From an uncultured bacterium (GTDB taxonomy: Bacteria; Chloroflexota; UBA5177; JANWHV01), in the NCBI GenBank assembly GCA_963827235.1, contig CAWHAE010000018.1, forward strand, positions 64,001 through 128,000: a stretch of DNA of 64,000 nucleotides. Reading direction: 5' to 3'. Shown here in pieces: positions 1 through 9,393 of this stretch. The position numbers and the translations under genes were made by a program. The notes beneath the pieces were generated by a model. That model saw only the letters and a program-made list of their open reading frames with translations. It searched no databases and had not been told where the DNA came from. Position 1 is the first letter of the stretch. Every line of letters starts with the position of its first letter.

Positions 1-221
1 TTCTGCCCGGCTCCGTCGATACGCCGACGTTCCGCGCCAACCTGCGCGCCGAAGGCGAAGAGGAGGAGCGCTACCGCGTCACCGCGGACGCCATTCCGCT
101 TGCCCGGATCGGCCGCCCACTGGACATCGCCTACGCGGCGCTCTATCTTGCCAGCGACGAAGCGAGCTTCGTCACCGGCACCCCGCTCCTGGTCGACGGC
201 GGCAAGGTGGCCGCCCTGTGA
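1..221 (+). CDS. Short-chain dehydrogenase/reductase, C-terminal part (5' end outside window)
   Basis: Frame 3 reads LPGSVDTP...[37 protein letters not shown], a classic SDR C-terminus. TGA at 219-221 overlaps the next GTG. Confidence 0.9.
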   Translation, partial: LPGSVDTPTFRANLRAEGEEEERYRVTADAIPLARIGRPLDIAYAALYLASDEASFVTGTPLLVDGGKVAAL

Positions 222-1433
222 GCGTTCACCAGGAGGAGGTTGAGGTGGTGGAGGATCTTGTCCGGCGGTCGAGAACGCAGCAGGCGATGCAGCAGCAGGA
301 CCTCGACGCGCTGATCTGCCGCCTGCCGGAGAACGTGCTGCTGCTGACGGGCCACTGGCCTCTCAGCTCGTTCGCCTTCGTGGTCTACCGTCGCGCGGGC
401 CTGCCGGCGCTGGTAGCGGTGGAATCGGAAGTGCAAGGTGTTCCGCTGCAGGCCTTCGAGGCCGTGCGCACGTTCGCCTGGGGAGTCGTCGAGGCTACCG
501 ATCCCTACGGCTCGGTACGGCGCCACCTGGCCGACCTCGCCAAAGAGCTGACGGTGGACGGCGGCACGATCGGGTATGAGGGTGCCTTCGAAGCCGTGGC
601 TCCTGGTCACATGGCAGGTGAGGTGCTGGTACCCGCCGCGCTCACCCAGGCGACCATCCGCGCCGCCGTCCCGAAGGCCACTCTGGTCGACGCCACGGCC
701 TTTCTGCACCGCTTGCGAGCCCGCAAGACGCCCGCCGAACTGGCCAAGCTCCGGCTGGCCAACGAGAATCGCCGCTCTGGGTCTGGCTGCCTTCCGCGAC
801 GTGTTCGGGCCGGGCCGCACCGAGGCCGAGGTCGCCGCGCAGGTGGAAGCGGCCATCATGTCCCGCGGCATCGGCTACAAGGGTGCCCGGCAGGTACGCG
901 CCTGGGCTCAGCTCATGACCGGTCCCGAGTCCGCTCTGGCCTATACACCGCATCCCGCGACGTCCGCGCGGCGTATCGAGCAGGGGGATGCCGGTCTCTT
1001 GGAGTTGGCGACGGTCGTGGACGGCTACTGGTCCGACCTCACGCGGACGCTCGTGGCCGGTAGGCCCGACGCGCGGCAGCACGAGATCTACGACGCGGTG
1101 CTGGCGGCATCCAAGGCAGCCATCCGCGGCGCCCGGCCGGGCATGACAGGCGCCGAGGTGGACGCGTTGGCCCGCCAGGAGATACGGCTGCGCGGCTTCG
1201 GCACGGCGTTCCTCCACCACACGGGCCACGGCCTCGGCTTCAGATACCACGAGCCTCACCCGTTTCTTCATCCGGCCAATGCGGAGCCGATCGAGGAAGG
1301 CATGGTCAGCAGTGTCGAGCCGGGCATCTATGTGGCGGGCTACGGCGGGTTCCGCCTGGAGGAGAACGTGTGCTTCACGGAGGACGGCGTCGAGGTGCTG
1401 TCGCGCTACGAGACCGGCCTGGGTACTCTCTAG
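218..1433 (+). CDS. M24 family (Xaa-Pro) peptidase/creatinase-like protein, frameshifted near 767
   Basis: Creatinase N-domain in ORF 218-1063 up to [18 protein letters not shown]24 catalytic domain ([33 protein letters not shown]) in ORF 576-1433. One extra A in aacgagaatcgcc joins the two. Confidence 0.85.
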
Positions 1434-1468
1434 CGTGAATTGTTGAGACCTAATAGGGGAGAGAAGGC

Positions 1469-2656
1469 ATGGCCGCTGCACTGGAGGGCATCCGCGTACT
1501 CGACTTCTCGCAGATGATGATGGGTCCGTGGGCTACACAGCTCCTGGGCGATCTCGGTGCGGACATCATCAAAGTGGAGCGCCCCAAGGTGGGCGAATGG
1601 GAGCGCGGGCTGGAGACGATGGGGCGGCTGCTCCACGGCGACAGCCCCTTCTTCCTGGCCATGAACCGGAACAAGCGCAGCCTGGCGGTGAACCTGAAGC
1701 ATCCGAGCGCGCACACCGTGCTCGACGCGCTCGTCGAGCGAGTTGACGTGGTGGTGGAGAACTTCAGGCCCGGCGTGCTTACCCGACTGGGCTTCGGCTA
1801 CGAGCGGCTGTCACAGATAAACCCGCGCCTCATCTACTGCTCGGCCAGCGGCTTCGGCTCCAGCGGGCCCTACGTACACCGGCCGGGCCAGGACCTACTC
1901 ATTCAGGCCCTATCGGGCCTGGCCGCCCACGGTGGCCGGGCGAGCGATCCGCCGACGCCCGCGGGCACGGCACTCTGCGATGCCATGGCCTCGATGATGG
2001 TGGCGGTCGGCATTCTCGCCGCCCTGCAGGCTCGCTCCCATACCGGGCGCGGGCAGTTGGTGGAAGTCGACCTGCTTAGTACCGCGATCGCCGCTCAGTG
2101 CCAGGAAGCCGTCGCATACCTCAACGGGCTGCCGCGCTGGGAACGCAGCGAAGCGGGCATAGCCCAACCGTGGCTGGGGGCTCCATACGGTATCTACCCC
2201 ACCGCGGACGGTCATCTCGCGCTGGCCATGAACTCGCTGGGTACCCTGGGCGAGCTGCTCAACCTGCAGGAAGTGGCAGACTACGATGGCGACGCCGAGG
2301 GCGCCTATCGCGATCGCGATCAGATCAAGCGCATGCTGGAGACGCGTCTGCGGGAGCGCTCCACCGCCGAATGGCTGTCGATCCTCGAGCTGCACGACGT
2401 GTGGTGCAGCGATGTGAAGGACTTCGACGGTGTGTTCAGCGATCCGCAAGTGCTGGATCAGCAGGTGGTGGCGGAGCTCGAGCACCCGCGTATCGGTCCC
2501 CTCAAGGTGATACGCGCACCGCTCAAGATGAGCGACACGCCACCGGAGATGCGGCTGCCGCCACCACTCGTGGGCCAGCACACGGCTGAGATCCTGCGCG
2601 AGCTTGGCTACGACGACGAGGCCGTGGAGGCTCTGGCCGCCGAGGGAATGTTCTGA
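1469..2656 (+). CDS. CaiB/BaiF family III CoA-transferase
   Basis: LEGIRVLDFS, LGADIIKVE, NRNKRSLAVNLK, ENFRPG, PGQDLLIQA, PPLVGQHT motifs. RBS upstream. Confidence 0.95.
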   Translation: MAAALEGIRVLDFSQMMMGPWATQLLGDLGADIIKVERPKVGEWERGLETMGRLLHGDSPFFLAMNRNKRSLAVNLKHPSAHTVLDALVERVDVVVENFRPGVLTRLGFGYERLSQINPRLIYCSASGFGSSGPYVHRPGQDLLIQALSGLAAHGGRASDPPTPAGTALCDAMASMMVAVGILAALQARSHTGRGQLVEVDLLSTAIAAQCQEAVAYLNGLPRWERSEAGIAQPWLGAPYGIYPTADGHLALAMNSLGTLGELLNLQEVADYDGDAEGAYRDRDQIKRMLETRLRERSTAEWLSILELHDVWCSDVKDFDGVFSDPQVLDQQVVAELEHPRIGPLKVIRAPLKMSDTPPEMRLPPPLVGQHTAEILRELGYDDEAVEALAAEGMF

Positions 2657-3435
2657 TGGATAAAGACCTGGTCGTATTCCGAGCCGAGCCGCCCGCCGGC
2701 ATCATCCGCGTCAATCGCGAGCGCAAGCTAAACGCGATGAACCGCGCCGTCCTCGACGCTATCATGGCCTGCCTGGAGCAGACCGCTGCCGATCCGGCGT
2801 TGCAGGCCACGATCATCACCGGCACCGGTCGCGCCTTCATTGCCGGCGCGGACATCGGCGAATACTGGCAACGGGGTCAGAGCGTGTTCGTCGAGTACCA
2901 GCGACTGGGACGGCTGCTGCTGGAGCGGATAGAGCGGCATCCCAAGCCCGTGTTTGCCGCGGTCAACGGGGTGGCGCTGGGCGGCGGCTTCGAGATCGCC
3001 CTGGCCTGCGATCTGATCGTGGCCGCCGAGAGCGCCGTCTTCGGTCTCCCCGAGCCGCGGCTCGGCCTGGTCCCCGGCGGAGGGGGCACGCAGCGGTTGA
3101 CCCGCACGGTCGGCCGCTACCGTGCCAAGGAGATTCTGCTTTTGGGAAAGCAGCTATCCGCGCAGGAGGCACAGGTCTGGGGGCTGGTCGCCGCCGTGGC
3201 GGCACAGGGCACGGAGGTGCGGGTGGCCCAGGATCTGGCCGAGCGTCTCGCCCGCCTGGCGCCGCTGGCCGTGCGCGCGGCGAAACGGCTCGTCAACGAA
3301 GGCGAGGACGCGTCGCTCGACGTGGCGCTCTCCTACGAGCAGCAGACCCTGATCGCCCTCTATGGCACCGCGGATGGACAGGAGGGGATCAACGCCTTCA
3401 TGGAGAAGCGCGCCGCCGCCTTCACCGGCATGTAG
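2656..3435 (+). CDS. Enoyl-CoA hydratase/isomerase (crotonase family)
   Basis: AFIAGADI, GGGFEIALACD, FGLPEPRLGLVPGGGGTQRL. TGATG coupling with the CoA-transferase. Confidence 0.95.
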   Translation: MDKDLVVFRAEPPAGIIRVNRERKLNAMNRAVLDAIMACLEQTAADPALQATIITGTGRAFIAGADIGEYWQRGQSVFVEYQRLGRLLLERIERHPKPVFAAVNGVALGGGFEIALACDLIVAAESAVFGLPEPRLGLVPGGGGTQRLTRTVGRYRAKEILLLGKQLSAQEAQVWGLVAAVAAQGTEVRVAQDLAERLARLAPLAVRAAKRLVNEGEDASLDVALSYEQQTLIALYGTADGQEGINAFMEKRAAAFTGM

Positions 3436-3451
3436 GAGGTCGAGATCGTCC

Positions 3452-4621
3452 ATGACGGAATTGCGCGGCATCACCTGGGACCATCCGCGCGGCTTGGCGC
3501 CGGTGCGCGCTACCTCTGCTGCCTACGAGACGGCGCATCCCGAGGTGCGCATCATCTGGGAGACACGGTCGCTGCAAGCCTTCGGCGACCAGCCACTGGC
3601 GGAATTGTCCGCGCGCTACGACCTGCTGGTGATCGACCACCCGTTTGCAGGCGCGGCCGCGCGGGGAGGCTGGCTGTGCCCTCTGGACGAATGGCTGCCC
3701 GAGGCATTTCTGGACGAGCAGGCGTCGCAAAGCGTCGGGCTCAGCCACGAAAGCTATCGCCATGCCGGCCACCAGTGGGCACTCGCCATCGATGCGGCGG
3801 CGCAGGTCGCCGCCTATCGCCCGGATCTGCTTCGGCGACAGGACCTTGCCTGCCCGCGCACGTGGGACGAAGTGCTGGCCCTGGCGCGCCGCCCGGCCGG
3901 GCCCAAAGTGCTGATGCCGCTGACACCCGTCAACGCCGTGTGCAGCTTTCTCTCCCTGTGCGCGATCTACGGCGACCCGCCCGGCAGAGATCGCGACCGC
4001 CTGGCCGATCGCTCGGTTGGCCTGCAGGCGCTTGCTATCCTTCGCGAGCTCGCGGCCCATGGGCACGCTGCATCGCTGGAGCTCGATCCGCCGCGGACGC
4101 TCGACTTGATGACGCACCAGGACGAGATAGCATACTGCCCGCTGCTGTTCGGCTACTCGAACTACAGCCGGCCCGGCTTCTCTCCGCGCCTCTGCCGCTT
4201 CACCAACATTCCCACGCCGGAGCGTGGTTCGCCGCCGGCCGGTGCGATACTGGGCGGGACGGGGCTTGCCGTCTCGTCGCACTGCCGGGTGGTTGAGGTA
4301 GCGTGCGACTATGCGCGCTATACGGCGAGCGCCGCCTGCCAGCGCACCGTATACGCGGAGTCCGGCGGCCAGCCGGGGAACCGTGTCGCCTGGCTGGATC
4401 CGCGGGTCAACGCCGACGCCGGCAACTTCTTTCTCGACACCTTGGACACGCTGGATCGCGCCTATCTGCGGCCACGGCACGACGGATTCATCGGTTTTCA
4501 AGACCGGGCCGGCACCGTGCTGCACACCGGCTTGCGCGATGGCGGCGAGGATTCCCACCTGTTGGATCGTCTCGACACTCTGTTCCGCGAGAGCTACCAG
4601 TCCGGCGCGGCGGACGCCTGA
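3452..4621 (+). CDS. Solute-binding-protein fold (sugar ABC SBP-like) without a signal peptide
   Basis: ATG 3452 after AGGAGG. MTELRGITWDHPRG, YDLLVIDHP, ALAIDAAAQVAAYRPDLL, PRTWDEV, LGGTGLAVS. Confidence 0.8.
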   Translation: MTELRGITWDHPRGLAPVRATSAAYETAHPEVRIIWETRSLQAFGDQPLAELSARYDLLVIDHPFAGAAARGGWLCPLDEWLPEAFLDEQASQSVGLSHESYRHAGHQWALAIDAAAQVAAYRPDLLRRQDLACPRTWDEVLALARRPAGPKVLMPLTPVNAVCSFLSLCAIYGDPPGRDRDRLADRSVGLQALAILRELAAHGHAASLELDPPRTLDLMTHQDEIAYCPLLFGYSNYSRPGFSPRLCRFTNIPTPERGSPPAGAILGGTGLAVSSHCRVVEVACDYARYTASAACQRTVYAESGGQPGNRVAWLDPRVNADAGNFFLDTLDTLDRAYLRPRHDGFIGFQDRAGTVLHTGLRDGGEDSHLLDRLDTLFRESYQSGAADA

Positions 4622-4715
4622 TGAAACGGTCACTACCATGTGCAGGCTGCTCGATAGCGTGCTCTGACTGCCGGTCTGGACCTGGTTGGCTTTGCGATGG
4701 GAGGTGTAAGGAAGA

Positions 4716-5891
4716 ATGGTTATGACGTCGAAACAACGATTCCTGGCAGCACTGCAGCGGCAGCAGCCCGATCGGCTGCCCGTGACTACCCACCACCTGA
4801 TGACGAGCTTTCTTGCGAAGACCAATCACGACATGTCCACTCAGGAGTTCTTCGATCGGTTCGAGTTGGATCCGATCCTCTGGATCGCTCCGATGAAGCC
4901 GGCGACCGGCCAGTACTTCGACCCCGAACACCCGTCCGCCGACTTGACGGTGTTCGGGGAGGCCCGCCGCATCGTCAGCGACCAATGGCGCGTCTACTCC
5001 GAGGATCTGCCCGGTCACGAGTTCGCGACCACCCGCTTCAACTACGTCACACCCAAGGGCACGCTCACCTCGGTCGTGCAATCCAACGAGCACACGACCT
5101 GGGTCACGGAATACCCGATCAAGCGCAAGGAGGACATTGAGCTCATTGCCGAGTTCATGCCGGTGCCGGTCTGCGACGTCGAGGCTGTCAACAAGGCGGC
5201 CGATTCGTTTGGCTCACGCGGCCTCGTACGCGGCGCCGGCTTGTACTTTGACATCTTCTACGGACAGCCGGGCTGCTGGCAAGATGCTGCTTGCCTGATG
5301 GATATCCAGGAGCTCATCCTGGCCACCTTCGACGATCCGGACTGGGTGCACGAGCTGCTGGCCATTCTGCAGGGCATGAAGAAGACGTACATCGCCTCGC
5401 TGAAAGGTGCGCGCTACGACCTGATCGAGCTTGGCGGCGGCGCCGCCTCGTCTACCGTCATCTCGCCAAAGGTGTTCGACCGCTTCGTCGCCCGCTACGA
5501 TGGCGAGCTTATCGATGCCTTCCATGCCGCCGGCCAGCGAGTCGTCTATCACACCTGCGGCGGCATGATGCCTCTGCTGGAGCACGTGGTGTCGATGCAG
5601 CCGGACGCCATGGAGACGTTCACGCCCCCGGCCATGGGCGCCGACGTCGACCTGGCAGAAGCCAAGCGGAGAATCGGAGACAAAGTCTGCCTGATCGGCG
5701 GCTTTGACCAGTTCCATTTCTTCGTCGGCTGCACGCCCGAAGAGACCAGAGCCGAAGTGCGCCGCTGTTTCGAGGCGGCCGGCGGGGGAGGCGGCTATAT
5801 CCTGTGCCCGTCGGACCACTTCTTCGAGGCCGATCCGGAGCTGCTGCAGGCCTTTTCCGCGGAAGCGCGCGCCTGCACCTACTCCGGCTGA
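4716..5891 (+). CDS. Uroporphyrinogen decarboxylase/MtaA-CmuA-like TIM-barrel protein
   Basis: MTSKQRFLAAL...QPDRLPV N-terminus, ISPKVFDRF, YHTCGG, GTPEE-like CTPEETRAEV, GGGYIL. Confidence 0.85.
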   Translation: MVMTSKQRFLAALQRQQPDRLPVTTHHLMTSFLAKTNHDMSTQEFFDRFELDPILWIAPMKPATGQYFDPEHPSADLTVFGEARRIVSDQWRVYSEDLPGHEFATTRFNYVTPKGTLTSVVQSNEHTTWVTEYPIKRKEDIELIAEFMPVPVCDVEAVNKAADSFGSRGLVRGAGLYFDIFYGQPGCWQDAACLMDIQELILATFDDPDWVHELLAILQGMKKTYIASLKGARYDLIELGGGAASSTVISPKVFDRFVARYDGELIDAFHAAGQRVVYHTCGGMMPLLEHVVSMQPDAMETFTPPAMGADVDLAEAKRRIGDKVCLIGGFDQFHFFVGCTPEETRAEVRRCFEAAGGGGGYILCPSDHFFEADPELLQAFSAEARACTYSG

Positions 5892-5897
5892 GCACGA

Positions 5898-5933
5898 GAC
5901 GAGGCACAGGCCCGCTCGAGCCTGTGCCTCGTC
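5898..5933. terminator. Stem-loop between convergent genes (probable bidirectional terminator)
   Basis: gacgaggcacaggc / gcctgtgcctcgtc, a 14-bp perfect stem. No long U-tract. Confidence 0.6.
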
Positions 5934-5952
5934 GCCGGCAGTGCGCCCGCGG

Positions 5953-7143
5953 TTATCGCCTGCGCACTGCCGCTGCCATCGAGCGCACGATCTCGGTCAG
6001 GATGGCACGCGTGGTGGCGAAGTTCAGCCGCACGCAGCCTCGGCCCGCCGCGCCGAAGGTCGCGCCGTCGTTCACGGCGACTTTCGCCTCCTGCAGGAAG
6101 AATGCGGCCGGGTTCTCCATCCCGAGCTCTCGGCAGTCCAGCCAGGCAAGATAGGTGGCCTCCGGCATCGTGTAGCGCACCTGGGGCAGATGCTCGGCGA
6201 GGAGCGAAGCAAGAAGCCTGCGATTGCCGTCCAGGTAGTTCAGCACGCGGCGAATGTGGGGCTGCCCTTGCTCGTACGCGGTCCGGTTGGCCAGTATGCC
6301 GAGAATGCTGGCACCGTGTGTCTGCAGCCATGACAGCTTGTCCCATTGCGCGAGGTCCTCGTCGTTGGAAAACACCACCTGGGCACACTTGAGTCCCGGG
6401 ATGTTCCATCCCTTCGAGGCCGACATCAGAGTCACCGCGTGCCGGGCCGCGGCCTCCGATATCCTGGCGTACGGGATATGCTTCCCCGGGGCATACACCA
6501 GCGGGGCGTGAATCTCGTCCACCACGGTACGGGCACCATAGGTTTCTACAAGGGCGGCGAGAGCGCCCAGCTCGTCTGACGTGTAGACGCGCCCAAGCGG
6601 ATTGTGCGGGTTACACAGGACGACGGTGCCCGCGCCGGCCTTCAGCGCCGCTTCCACGCCGTCAAGGTCGATATTCCAGCCTCCGGCCATCCTTGTCATC
6701 GGCACTTCGACGATCTCTCCCGCGCATTGCCGGGCGATCTCGAAGAACGGCGGATAGGCCGGCGTCATCAGCACGACGGCGCTGTTGGGACGCGAATACG
6801 TCCGGATCGCCATTTCGACACCCCGCAGCACGTCGGGGACAGAGCGGATCCGGCGCGGCTCGACGGTGCCACCGAAGCTCGACGCTATCCATGATGCGCA
6901 TGCGGCGGCCAGCGCGGCTTCCGACGTACCGCTCGTGTAGCCGCTGCACCCGTGGTCTACGGCGGCGTGGAGCGCGGCGCGAATCTCGGGCGCCAGCGGG
7001 TAATCCATCTCCGCCACCCAGGCAGCCAGGACGTCGGGCGCGAAGTGCGCCCACTTCTCGGTGCCGCGGAGGCGGATCTCGTCGATCGTGAGACTGTCGA
7101 ATTCGTGTGCGTCCTGGCTCGGAAGCACCGTGTCGCTCGGCAT
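5953..7143 (-). CDS. MalY/PatB family PLP-dependent cystathionine beta-lyase / C-S lyase
   Basis: KW...AWVAEMDY, LCNPHNPLGRV, DEIHAPL, SASKGWNIPGLK (PLP Lys), EATYLAWLD, RLNFAT. ATG 7143 with AAGGAG RBS. Confidence 0.92.
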   Translation of the reverse strand: MPSDTVLPSQDAHEFDSLTIDEIRLRGTEKWAHFAPDVLAAWVAEMDYPLAPEIRAALHAAVDHGCSGYTSGTSEAALAAACASWIASSFGGTVEPRRIRSVPDVLRGVEMAIRTYSRPNSAVVLMTPAYPPFFEIARQCAGEIVEVPMTRMAGGWNIDLDGVEAALKAGAGTVVLCNPHNPLGRVYTSDELGALAALVETYGARTVVDEIHAPLVYAPGKHIPYARISEAAARHAVTLMSASKGWNIPGLKCAQVVFSNDEDLAQWDKLSWLQTHGASILGILANRTAYEQGQPHIRRVLNYLDGNRRLLASLLAEHLPQVRYTMPEATYLAWLDCRELGMENPAAFFLQEAKVAVNDGATFGAAGRGCVRLNFATTRAILTEIVRSMAAAVRRR

Positions 7144-7343
7144 GGAGGACTCTCCTTCAAAAAGGCAGATTGCAGACGCAGAATGACCTGAGCGCGGGGC
7201 GAGAGCCGTAGCGACGCCACGAGAGCGCGCAGGCCTGCGCCAGCGATCATATCGCCAAACAGCAATCTTCGTACAAGTCGCGCTCGGCGCCTGAGCCTCG
7301 TTCCAGAGATTCGACACCATACTGTCGGATGGATGCGCTCGCC

Positions 7344-7766
7344 CTAGTGGACGCCCTTGCTCCGCAGGAATGAGCCAAGTCTGACGTCGGCTTCCTTGAT
7401 GTGCTGGCTCAGCCATGACCGGAGGAAGGTGACCAGCGCCTCGTCGACCTTGATCTGACCCGCCGCACAGCGGCGCTGGACCTCGGTCACCCGCTGCAAC
7501 AGACCATCGTGCTCGGCTTTGTGCCGCGCGAAGCCCGGGTATCTGATGGCCGCCATGAGGCGCTCTTCGGTCGCGAAGTGACACGTGGACCCGTCGACAA
7601 AAGCGCTCAGTAGTGTCAGGAGCGGTCCGGGGGGCTCGCTATCGCGCAGCGCGTTGCGCAGCTTGCCAAGCAGGCCGGTCAGCAGCTTGTGCTGCCCATC
7701 CAGGATGCGGACATCGTTGGTGAGATCATCGTTCCACTCTTGATCGATCATGACCGCCCCCGACAC
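7344..7766 (-). CDS. Single-domain bacteriohemerythrin
   Basis: W..LDGQHKLL..HFATEERLM..YP..HKAEH..WLSQHIKEAD, with all di-iron ligands present. Start may be ATG 7751. Confidence 0.9.
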   Translation of the reverse strand: MSGAVMIDQEWNDDLTNDVRILDGQHKLLTGLLGKLRNALRDSEPPGPLLTLLSAFVDGSTCHFATEERLMAAIRYPGFARHKAEHDGLLQRVTEVQRRCAAGQIKVDEALVTFLRSWLSQHIKEADVRLGSFLRSKGVH

Positions 7767-8038
7767 TGTACCGACTCGCTACAGCCAGTCTAGTCGACAC
7801 GGCTCCCCGGTCAATCCCCTGGCTTGCAACACGAGTGAATTCGACGTGCTCGGCATCGCGCGAGGGCCAGCACCCGGTGAGATAGCACATGCGCTTGAGG
7901 CCGGCGCAGCCACCAGGCGCTTGATCGTCCTTGCGAAGCGGCGTCCCGAGCACCGCCGCGGGAATCGCGATGCCGATAGCCGGAAGGCCGACATATGGGC
8001 TGGCCCTAAAGTGCTCGTTCCTATGGCCCCAATGGGTA

Positions 8039-8067
8039 CTGAAAACGTGATTCCGCTCCGATATAGT
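8039..8067 (+). promoter_or_regulatory. Putative sigma70-type promoter for the small-peptide ORF
   Basis: CTGAAA-N17-TATAGT, 9 nt before ATG 8077. Imperfect direct repeats tggccc(t/c)aa(a/t)g at 8001 and 8024 lie just upstream. Confidence 0.45.
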
Positions 8068-8076
8068 TGAGTAGCC

Positions 8077-8259
8077 ATGGCAGAGCTATTCGTGTGGATT
8101 GGACGTTTTGCGAATGCGAGGCCCACCTTGAACCGCGTTACCTCCGGCGTCCGGTACGGCCACATCTGGAGCAACCACGTAGTACAGCGCGTCGTCATAG
8201 CCATGGGCTCCATCGCCGCATTCGTGGCGGCATCCGGAGCCGGCACCCACTGGTTCTAG
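8077..8259 (+). CDS. Small hydrophobic peptide ending ...IAAFVAASGAGTHWF (candidate signalling-peptide precursor)
   Basis: 60-aa ORF (alternative TTG start 8128 after GAGG gives 43 aa). Hydrophobic stretch then a GAGxxWF tail. Sits directly upstream of DUF5317. Confidence 0.6.
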   Translation: MAELFVWIGRFANARPTLNRVTSGVRYGHIWSNHVVQRVVIAMGSIAAFVAASGAGTHWF

Positions 8260-8414
8260 CCTATTAGAACAGAGTATCAAGCCGGGCGGGGCGCGGGTGC
8301 GCATACCTCCGCCCCGTCCGCACAACCGGCTACACGCGCAATGCCAGATGATTTGATACCCGAGTCCCGGCTCGCCGGCAGAGGCTGCGCGCAGCCGGCA
8401 CTGCCGGAGGCCGC

Positions 8415-9014
8415 GTGCTTCTCGTTCTACCGGTACTCGTTGCGATGCTCCTCGCGATTCTGCGCGGCGGCGCGCTGAGCCATCTGGCAACGCTGCCCAT
8501 ACGAGGGAGCGGGTTCCTGATCGGCTCGCTGGCCGTGCAGCTGGCGGTCTACGCTCCGGGGTTGCGCGGTTCAGCGTTCGTGCTGCATCAGTCGGGCGCG
8601 ATCTATGCCGGCGCCCTGGGTTTGGTGGCGATCGGCGCCCTGCGCAACTGGCAGCTGGGCGCAGCGTTCCGTGTCGCCACGGTTGGACTGGCACTGAACG
8701 TGACGGTGATCGTCCTGAACGGCGGTCATATGCCGGTCGATGCCGGAGCGATGGCCGCGGCAAAGGGCCAGGCGAAGGTACAGGAAATTGCCGCCCAACG
8801 CGTCTACGACAACACCGGCATCGCCACGCCGTCCAGCGAGCTGCCGTGGCTGGGCGATGTTATCCCGGTCCGCCTTGGTTTCGGCTGCGGCAACGTGTTC
8901 AGTGTTGGCGACGTGTTGCTCGCCAGCGGGGCGTCCGTCGCAGCGTACGGAGCGGTGCGCAGGCCGTTTGGCGGGGCAAGCGTTCAGTACTTAGTTGCGG
9001 AGCGTTCCACATAG
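8415..9014 (+). CDS. DUF5317 family membrane protein
   Basis: RGG..L..L N-terminus, LALNVTVIVLNGGHMPV, WLGDVIP, FSVGDVL. About 5 hydrophobic segments. Confidence 0.88.
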   Translation: MLLVLPVLVAMLLAILRGGALSHLATLPIRGSGFLIGSLAVQLAVYAPGLRGSAFVLHQSGAIYAGALGLVAIGALRNWQLGAAFRVATVGLALNVTVIVLNGGHMPVDAGAMAAAKGQAKVQEIAAQRVYDNTGIATPSSELPWLGDVIPVRLGFGCGNVFSVGDVLLASGASVAAYGAVRRPFGGASVQYLVAERST

Positions 9015-9393
9015 CCCGCCAACAGCGAAACCGTCGATTGCCTTGCCTGCCGCCGGGCCCGGCCCGCCGAGCGGGCGGTGGCGGCGATCCCGCATCCAAC
9101 TATCGCAAGCCACGGCGTAGCTGTCCATTGAGCCAGAACGCGCGGCGAGCCCGCTGAACCGCTGCATCCCGCCCGGCTAGCCCGGCCGAGCGCACGGCCT
9201 AGTACGCTATGGCGGTGCCCTGCCGCCCATACGGCGGGCGCGTACAAGCGCCGAGTCCGGCATAGTAGTGACTGGCAACCGGCCACGCATCGGCCGATAT
9301 GTCGATAGAGCATTCCGTGCCGGCCGCAGGGAAGCCGCAATACCGTGCGGGGAAGCCACCCCTGCTTCCCCGGTGTTTGAGCAGGACAGTAGT

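Noticed and set aside
7144-7584. Long N-terminal extensions given by the ORF track (malY here; likewise hdrA to 36464, dsrE2 to 32852, the dehydrogenase to 40988)
   Set aside because: The extensions overlap neighbouring genes or promoters. Downstream RBS-supported starts match family N-termini.
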